Shown one piece after another: positions 9,535 through 15,784 of a stretch of 17,183 bases of DNA (positions within the stretch are counted from its first letter, which is position 1; the number at the start of each line of letters is the position of its first letter). The translations under genes and the position numbers were made by a program. The DNA is from Planctomycetota bacterium. GTDB lineage: Bacteria; Planctomycetota; GCA-002687715; DRQF01. The stretch is taken from NCBI GenBank assembly GCA_036479435.1, contig JAZGFI010000161.1, forward strand, positions 1-17,183, in the 5' to 3' direction. The notes under the pieces are model-generated. The model was not told the origin of the DNA and did not search any database. It saw only the letters and a list, made by a program, of their open reading frames with translations.

Positions 9535-10466
9535 TGGCGCCCCCGGCCCATTTCACGCCGCCGGAAGAACTCGAGGATCGGTTTCGCGGCGGCCTGCGGA
9601 TCAGGGTCGCGGGGCAACGATAGATCCACGACATCGGCGTGCGCTCGCCTCAACGCAGCATCGCATCCACGGCGCCACTTCGCGACGCGATCTTGATAGC
9701 TGCGCCGCAGAGATTCATTGGAGTTGTCGAAGATGAAATCACGGCCCGTCTCCGGGTCAAATAAGCGAAGGGGTCCCTGGGGGAGAGTTTCAAGTTCGGG
9801 GGGCAACAGTCTCAGCGCGACGACGTCGTGCTTCGCCGCGTTTTTCCCCATGCTCTTCTCCCAGCCTTCCGACAAGAAATCCGACACCACAAACAGCACG
9901 GTGCGACGCCGGACGTTACGGGCGACGAAATCCAGACCAGTCGTCAATGCGCAATCGCTGGCTTGAAAAGGCAGGCTCAGGCTCGTTCGGATAATACGAA
10001 GCGCCTGCGCGACTCCCTTTTTGGGCTTCAAGTAGCTTGCGACCTCATTGTGAGCAGCGACCAATCCGATGTTGTCTCCGTTTTGCACCGCGGCAAAGGA
10101 AAGACAGGCGCAGACGCGCGTCGCGAATTGGCGAAGGGACCAAGCGGCAAACCCGCCGTCCATCGAAGCCGAGATGTCGAGCAAAAACAACAGGCTTAGT
10201 TCGCGTTCGTCGACAAAACGCTTAACGAATAGCCGGCCGAATCTCGCGGTCACGTTCCAATCGACCGCACGGGGATCGTCGCCATCGACGTATTCTCTAA
10301 CCTCGTCGAACTCGACGCCAGATCCGCGAAAAGTCGAGTTGTAGCCGCCCGACATCGCTTCGGTCACCAAACGGTGACTCGACACTTGGATGTGGTGGAC
10401 GTCGTCGAGAACATCGGCCAGTTCGGCTTCCGCGTCTCGCTCGTCTTGGGACTTGGCCTCGCGCAT
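9531..10466 (-). CDS. DUF58-domain protein (VWA-like MoxR partner), 311 aa from ATG 10466
   Basis: Motifs GGYNSTFRGSGVEFDEVREYVDGDDPRAVDWNVTAR...VKRFVDERE, LLDISASM and VVSDFL. The likely start is 4 nt after the moxR stop; the ORF-track extension to 10574 overlaps moxR. Confidence 0.95.
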   Translation of the reverse strand: MREAKSQDERDAEAELADVLDDVHHIQVSSHRLVTEAMSGGYNSTFRGSGVEFDEVREYVDGDDPRAVDWNVTARFGRLFVKRFVDERELSLLFLLDISASMDGGFAAWSLRQFATRVCACLSFAAVQNGDNIGLVAAHNEVASYLKPKKGVAQALRIIRTSLSLPFQASDCALTTGLDFVARNVRRRTVLFVVSDFLSEGWEKSMGKNAAKHDVVALRLLPPELETLPQGPLRLFDPETGRDFIFDNSNESLRRSYQDRVAKWRRGCDAALRRAHADVVDLSLPRDPDPQAAAKPILEFFRRREMGRGRQ

Positions 10467-10470
10467 TAAA

Positions 10471-11460
10471 CTAGGGAATAGAGACGTTGTCGAGGACACG
10501 TTGAATGATGTCGACCGAAGTGAGCCCCTCGGATTCGGCATCGTAGCTGGTGATGATGCGGTGGCGCAGACCATCCATCGCTACCGCTTTGATATCCTGC
10601 GGCGTGACGAAAGCTCTTGAGTCCAAAAAGGCCCGAGCCTTGCCGAGTTGCGTGAGCGCAATCGAAGCGCGAGGGGAAGCCCCGTAACGAATCATCGGGC
10701 CGAGGTCAGCCAACCCATAGCTCGCAGGGTTCCGAGTCGCGTCCATGATATCCACGACATAGGTCAGGATTTTCTCATCAACGTAGACCTCGTCGAGCAG
10801 AGTTCTTGCCGACAAGAGTTGCTCAGGACTAGCCACGGCCTTCGCTTCAGGTTTCTGATTGCTGGTTGCCATGCGTCGCACGACTTCTTTTTCTTCGTCT
10901 TTGCTGGGATAGCCCACCACGACTTTCAGCATGAAACGGTCGACCTGAGCTTCGGGAAGCGGGTAGGTGCCTTCTTGTTCAACCGGGTTTTGAGTGGCCA
11001 GGACCAAAAATGGCTGAGGCAAGGGACGCGTTTCACCCGCAATGGTGACGCGCCGCTCTTGCATCGCCTCCAATAGGGCCGACTGCACTTTGGCGGGAGC
11101 GCGATTAATCTCGTCGGCCAAAATGAAGTTGCCAAATACCGGGCCCTCTCGCAAAGTCCACTCCCCCGTCTTGGGGTTGTAGACCTGAGTCCCGACGAGG
11201 TCGGAAGGCAAAAGATCGGGCGTAAACTGAATGCGGCGAAATTCTCCCCCCATTGCGGTGGCCAAAGTCTGCACCGCAAGGGACTTTGCCAGGCCCGGCA
11301 CGCCCTCAAGCAGAACGTGACCATCGGCCAAAAGCCCCATCATGAGGCTTTCGACCAAGGGCCGTTGGCCGACGATGACGCGCTCGACCTCCGAGAACAC
11401 GTCGCGAAGGAAAACACCCCCCTGGGCGATTCGTTCCGACAATTCTGCAACATCGCTCAC
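10471..11460 (-). CDS. moxR: MoxR-family AAA+ ATPase (MoxR-proper type)
   Basis: 329 aa. Walker A GVPGLAKS, RIQFTPDLLPSD, Walker B ILADEINRAPAKVQSALLEAMQE, ATQNPVEQEGTYPLPEAQVDRF and GASPRA. GTG start with GGAG upstream. Confidence 0.97.
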   Translation of the reverse strand: MSDVAELSERIAQGGVFLRDVFSEVERVIVGQRPLVESLMMGLLADGHVLLEGVPGLAKSLAVQTLATAMGGEFRRIQFTPDLLPSDLVGTQVYNPKTGEWTLREGPVFGNFILADEINRAPAKVQSALLEAMQERRVTIAGETRPLPQPFLVLATQNPVEQEGTYPLPEAQVDRFMLKVVVGYPSKDEEKEVVRRMATSNQKPEAKAVASPEQLLSARTLLDEVYVDEKILTYVVDIMDATRNPASYGLADLGPMIRYGASPRASIALTQLGKARAFLDSRAFVTPQDIKAVAMDGLRHRIITSYDAESEGLTSVDIIQRVLDNVSIP

Positions 11461-11492
11461 AGTGTGACTCCAGCGAGAAGATCGCTGTGCGC

Positions 11493-11498
11493 ACTATA
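11493..11498 (-). promoter_or_regulatory. Putative sigma70-type -10 box (TATAGT) for the moxR-bat operon
   Basis: TATAGT on the - strand about 33 nt upstream of the moxR GTG. No convincing -35 box was seen. Confidence 0.4.
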
Positions 11499-11593
11499 GC
11501 CCGTTGGGCCCAGAACTTTCTTCAGTTTGCCTCCGATCCTCAGAAACTCTAAATTGACTCCAGCCCATATCGCTCCCGAGGTTCAGTGTCATC

Positions 11594-13810
11594 ATGTTAG
11601 TTCCATCACTTGGATTCAGACTTCGTCGACTTTGCTTGCCGTTTTCGATCGGCGCCTACGCCGCAGCTTGCCTGCTGCTGACGGGCTCGCTGCTCGCCCA
11701 AGGCGGACGGGAACAAATGTGGTGGGCTCCCAGCGCCGAGGACTGGAAGAAACCCTGCCTCATCGAGTTCCAGCGCACTTGGGAAGACGCTTTGGCCTTG
11801 GCGGCGGAAACCGGCAAGCCCATCCTCATCTGCGTCAACATGGACGGCGAGATCGCCAGCGAGCATTACGCCGGCATTCGGTACCGCCAAGCGAAGATCG
11901 CCAAGCTCCACGAGCCCTACATCAACGTCATCGCTTCGGTCTATCGACACAACCCTCGTGACCACGACGAGCACGGCAACCGCATCCTCTGCCCGAGATT
12001 CGGCAGCGTGACCTGCGGAGAGCACATAGCGATCGAGCCGATTCTTTTCCCGAAGTTCTTTGACGGCAAGCGCATCGCGCCGCGGCACATCATGATTGAG
12101 GGTGGACAAAGCGAGACCTATGACGTCTACCACACCTTCGATACCGACTCCGTCTTCAAAGCCATCGGCGACGGCATCAGCGAGCGAAAACTAAAGCCCA
12201 AGAATATCGTCAAGGGCGATCGCTCGATCATCGAACGCGTCGCTAGCCGTGACAATGGCGACCGCCGCGCCGTCGAATCTGCTTACGCTCAGGGCGACAA
12301 GAAACTTCGACGCTCACTTTTGGAAGCGGCGCTAAAGCTCGGCGACAAGGCTCCTTTGGAGTTGCTTCGCCTCGCCCTGCGCGGCTTTGACAAGGACATG
12401 ACGGCCCTAGCCCGCGAAGCCCTCGCTCGCGCGACGTCGAGCGATGCAACCGAACTCGTTTCAGATGCGCTTCGAACGCCCATGGAAGTGAAGGAACGCG
12501 AGACACTCATCGCCACGCTGAAGACCATCGGCAAAGAATCGACCAAAGCGCGTCGGCTCGCCGTGGTTCACGGCGGACTCGGCAAGGGAGCGAAAACTGT
12601 CAACGCCAAGGAGTGGTCCGACGACATGGTCGGCGGCGCGAGCTACACGCCCGCCCGCACTGACGAACAAAGCTCGCTCTTAAGCGACCAAGACCGAGTC
12701 TTGGCATCTAAGAACCACGCCAGCCAAGTCGAGCTGGCCGAAGCCTTTTTGGCCAATGCCCTCGAAGTCATGCAGGGGGGCCTTTCGTCTCGAACCACGA
12801 TCAACTCGCTGCTCTTTGAGGCCCGCGACACCGCTCTCAAAGCCGAGGCCCATGGTGCCCAGGGATGGCGGGTCAACGCGGTACTCTCAACCGCGGCTTA
12901 CCACCTCGAAGACCTCAAGGAAGCTCGGCTCCGTGCCGTCGCGGCGGCCTCCGCGGGCAAGCCTCACGATCCCAAAAGTTGGAGCGCCATGATCGTACTC
13001 GGCCTTTTCGCCGAAGCGCGACGCGAAGCGATCGAGGCCGCGGTCAAAAAGAAGGAGGACTGGCCAAGCCGTTGGCTGGCCGACGTGCACGCCGCCTACC
13101 AAGTCCTGGCCCAGCATCCCTACGGAACCGAAGGCCAGATCATCACGCACTACGATTTATTGAAGAAGCTCGGCGCCGATGGTCAAGCCGACGACGCGCT
13201 GAAAGTCGGTCTTAGCCGCTTCCCGGGCTCCGCCGTCCTTCACAACCGCTACCGCCTCAAGATCCTGAAGGAAAAAGGCATCGGCGGCCTGGGCCATGCC
13301 TACGACTCGATGATCAAGGGCCGCCAGGATTCCGCCGACTTGGTGTGGTACGCCGGCTACGCCTCGACCCTCGCCGCGGAGTTTTACCGCCGCCGTAACA
13401 AGGGCCCGCGAGCCGAGGCCTCTTACACCCTGGCAATGAAGTTCTACGAGCGCTTCATCAGTGAAAACCCGGATCGCCGCGAGACTTCCGACCTCTACAT
13501 CGCCATGGCCCTCGGCGGCCGCGGCCGTGTCGCCTTCGAAAAGGGCAACTACAAGTCCGCGGTCAACGACCTCATCGCATCCTTCAGACGCAAGCCCGAC
13601 CGCGCCAACGAATTAGACGGCCTCAACCTCAGTGCCGTCGACACCGCCAAGATGGTCCTCGCGCGACTTCGCAGCACCAAAAAACACACGATCCTCATCT
13701 CCCGCCTCGACAAAGCTCTCGGCGAACTCGACCCCGCCATGCTAGCCCTCCCCGCCTTCGAGGGCCCCCGCCCCAAAGGCTCCGGACGAAGGCGCAGGCG
13801 ACAAGAGTGA
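11594..13810 (+). CDS. Exported protein: thioredoxin-like N-terminal domain lacking CxxC, followed by HEAT-like and TPR-like helical repeats
   Basis: 738 aa. Signal peptide ending SLLA-Q36. TWEDALALAAETGKPILICVNMD resembles the start of Thioredoxin_7-type domains, and IAPRHIMIE fits the cis-Pro position. The remainder is Ala/Leu-rich and helical with TPR-like motifs (e.g. GRGRVAFEKGNYKSAVNDLIASFRRKP). It ends in an Arg-rich tail. Confidence 0.8.
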   Translation: MLVPSLGFRLRRLCLPFSIGAYAAACLLLTGSLLAQGGREQMWWAPSAEDWKKPCLIEFQRTWEDALALAAETGKPILICVNMDGEIASEHYAGIRYRQAKIAKLHEPYINVIASVYRHNPRDHDEHGNRILCPRFGSVTCGEHIAIEPILFPKFFDGKRIAPRHIMIEGGQSETYDVYHTFDTDSVFKAIGDGISERKLKPKNIVKGDRSIIERVASRDNGDRRAVESAYAQGDKKLRRSLLEAALKLGDKAPLELLRLALRGFDKDMTALAREALARATSSDATELVSDALRTPMEVKERETLIATLKTIGKESTKARRLAVVHGGLGKGAKTVNAKEWSDDMVGGASYTPARTDEQSSLLSDQDRVLASKNHASQVELAEAFLANALEVMQGGLSSRTTINSLLFEARDTALKAEAHGAQGWRVNAVLSTAAYHLEDLKEARLRAVAAASAGKPHDPKSWSAMIVLGLFAEARREAIEAAVKKKEDWPSRWLADVHAAYQVLAQHPYGTEGQIITHYDLLKKLGADGQADDALKVGLSRFPGSAVLHNRYRLKILKEKGIGGLGHAYDSMIKGRQDSADLVWYAGYASTLAAEFYRRRNKGPRAEASYTLAMKFYERFISENPDRRETSDLYIAMALGGRGRVAFEKGNYKSAVNDLIASFRRKPDRANELDGLNLSAVDTAKMVLARLRSTKKHTILISRLDKALGELDPAMLALPAFEGPRPKGSGRRRRRQE

Positions 13811-13816
13811 CAATTC

Positions 13817-13829
13817 GGTGCCAGGCACC
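13817..13829. repeat. REP-like palindrome GGTGCC-A-GGCACC
   Basis: Perfect 6-bp inverted repeat with a 1-nt spacer, 6 nt after the stop of the 738-aa gene. Confidence 0.55.
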
Positions 13830-14049
13830 TAGATGTAAGCGTTCACACCGCCGGTGGAATCAAAAATGTGTGATTATTCGTTACGACTGACAAGTGTGCT
13901 CGTCGCTTGTCCGGAGAGACGAAGATGGAGATCGCTCTCCGAATCGACTTCTTGTCGAGTTCGGGGGGAGTGTGCCAACACAAAGAGCGTTCTTGCTCGA
14001 TTCGGGGCTGCAAGCTTTCGATAGCGGGGCGTTCGGGAAGATCTCTGCC

Positions 14050-15654
14050 ATGAAATCCTCTGGGAATTACCATCGAGCGCGCGAAACTGCTCGCGGCGCC
14101 ATCGCCCTCTTCTCCCTCCTTTGTTGCCTGGGACTGGCCTCGCGGCTTGGGGCTCAAGAAAAATGGCCCGCACCCGTCTTCTTGACATCGCAGGCCCAAT
14201 TGGCTGCGCTCCCCAAAGACACTCTGGCCATCCGCCTCTCCGATCGCTTGGGCGACAAGGCCGTCGAGGCCCTGGCGAGATTCACACAGTTAGAGTTTCT
14301 CGACTGCCAAGCGAATGGACGCATCACGGACCGGGCGCTTAAGGCCCTCGCCAAACTCCCCGCAATTCGGCGCGTTCGAGTGAGTTCCTGCCCGGGCCTT
14401 AGCAGTGCTGGGGTTGCCAAGATTTTGGCGTCGCCGACTTTAGAATCGCTCGCCATTGCTGGATGTCAGAAAGTCTCTGCGGCAGGCTTGATGGCGGCTT
14501 TCGCCAAGGCTCCCGCCTTGCGAGAACTTGACCTTTCCTACCACGCCTCCGTCGATGATCTCGCCATCGCGACCTTGAGCAAATCCAAGACTATCGAGGT
14601 GCTCAACTTGGACTACGGCCCGCGCGTCACGGATAAAGCACTCGTGCACCTGGCGGCAATGCCCAGGCTCGCTCGCCTTTCACTCGCCAACAACAAGCTC
14701 ATCACCGGAAAGGGCCTCAGCGCGCTCGCCAAATCGTCCACTCTGATCGCACTCGATCTGAGCAGCAGTGAAGTGGACGATCGGGGCCTGAAGTCGCTCG
14801 GCTTCATGCCGGCGCTGTCAAAACTCCAGCTGGACGAATGTCCGATCACGGATCGTGGTCTCTTGAATCTCGGCAAAGCGCCAGCCCTCTCGGACCTGTC
14901 AATCTCGAACTGCACGGACATCGGCGATCGCGGCCTTATCGCCTTGGCCAAGATCAAAACCCTTGAGATCCTGCGCCTCAACCACTTGGGGTCGATCAGC
15001 GACAAAGGGGTGGCCAAACTGGCAACCCTAGGCAGATTGAAGTCAGTTGACCTCAGTTCTAACTACTCATTGAGCGGCAAATCAGGCCTCGCTCTGGCAC
15101 GCTTAGCGAAGCTCGAAGAGCTTCACATGAGTCGCGTCAAGCTCGACGCCAAAGCGCTGAAGGCCATCGGCGGCCTGAAATCCCTGAAAAAGCTCTCGCT
15201 CGACGGCTGCAAGGCCCTGAATGACAAGACCGCCAAAGGCCTCTCACGATTGAAGCGACTCACTCACCTCCACCTTGGAGGAACGTCGCTCTCAGCCATT
15301 GCTCTCAAGCATCTCGCGCGCCTGAAACAACTCGAGGAACTCAAGCTTTCAAGATGCAAAGGGGTTTCCGATGCCGGCCTGAAGTTCTTGGAGAAACTCA
15401 CTGAATTGAGAGTCCTGGATCTCTCGAAGACGGCGGTTAGCAAGGCGGTGGTGACTTCGATACTGAAAATGCAGGCCTTGGAAGACTTGAATCTCTCCGG
15501 AGCGAAGTTGGATGTCTCAGCTCTTAACCGACTATCTGCGCTTCCAAATCTCGAGATATTGATCGTTTATGGCTGTCCCGGGATCACCAGTGCCGCCGCA
15601 GAGGCCTTCGTCGTCAAAAAAGCCAATTGCGAGCTGCTGACGGATGACTCTTGA
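14050..15654 (+). CDS. Secreted leucine-rich repeat protein (about 18-19 repeats of 24-26 aa, cysteine-containing/AMN1-like), 534 aa from ATG 14050
   Basis: Signal peptide MKSSG...IALFSLLCCLGLASRLGA-Q36. Repeats follow LxxLxLxxCxxITDxGLxxLxxL (e.g. PALSDLSISNCTDIGDRGLIALAKI, KQLEELKLSRCKGVSDAGLKFLEKL). C-terminal cap CPGITSAAAEAF...NCEL. Confidence 0.93.
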   Translation: MKSSGNYHRARETARGAIALFSLLCCLGLASRLGAQEKWPAPVFLTSQAQLAALPKDTLAIRLSDRLGDKAVEALARFTQLEFLDCQANGRITDRALKALAKLPAIRRVRVSSCPGLSSAGVAKILASPTLESLAIAGCQKVSAAGLMAAFAKAPALRELDLSYHASVDDLAIATLSKSKTIEVLNLDYGPRVTDKALVHLAAMPRLARLSLANNKLITGKGLSALAKSSTLIALDLSSSEVDDRGLKSLGFMPALSKLQLDECPITDRGLLNLGKAPALSDLSISNCTDIGDRGLIALAKIKTLEILRLNHLGSISDKGVAKLATLGRLKSVDLSSNYSLSGKSGLALARLAKLEELHMSRVKLDAKALKAIGGLKSLKKLSLDGCKALNDKTAKGLSRLKRLTHLHLGGTSLSAIALKHLARLKQLEELKLSRCKGVSDAGLKFLEKLTELRVLDLSKTAVSKAVVTSILKMQALEDLNLSGAKLDVSALNRLSALPNLEILIVYGCPGITSAAAEAFVVKKANCELLTDDS

Positions 15655-15784
15655 CTCTCAGTTGCAAGGGAGTTGCCGCCAGTTCGCTTTCTCGACCGAG
15701 TAGCCATCAAACAAGAAAATTGGCTTTGCTTGGCGGCCTTAGAAAGTAATCTCCACGGGCTAACCCCCCGAGGACCTAGATCAA

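Noticed and set aside
2391..13776. Numerous 60-220 aa antisense and alternative-frame ORFs
   Set aside because: They are shadow ORFs expected in GC-rich coding DNA. They lie within well-supported genes and show no recognisable motifs.
13912..13941. GGAGAG...GAAG...CTCTC resembling a glycine riboswitch
   Set aside because: It lacks the CCGAAG and CTCTCAGG elements and the proper spacing, and no glycine-related gene lies downstream.
13894..14049. 52-aa N-terminal extension of the LRR ORF from GTG 13894
   Set aside because: It would bury the signal peptide. ATG 14050 gives a normal signal sequence.
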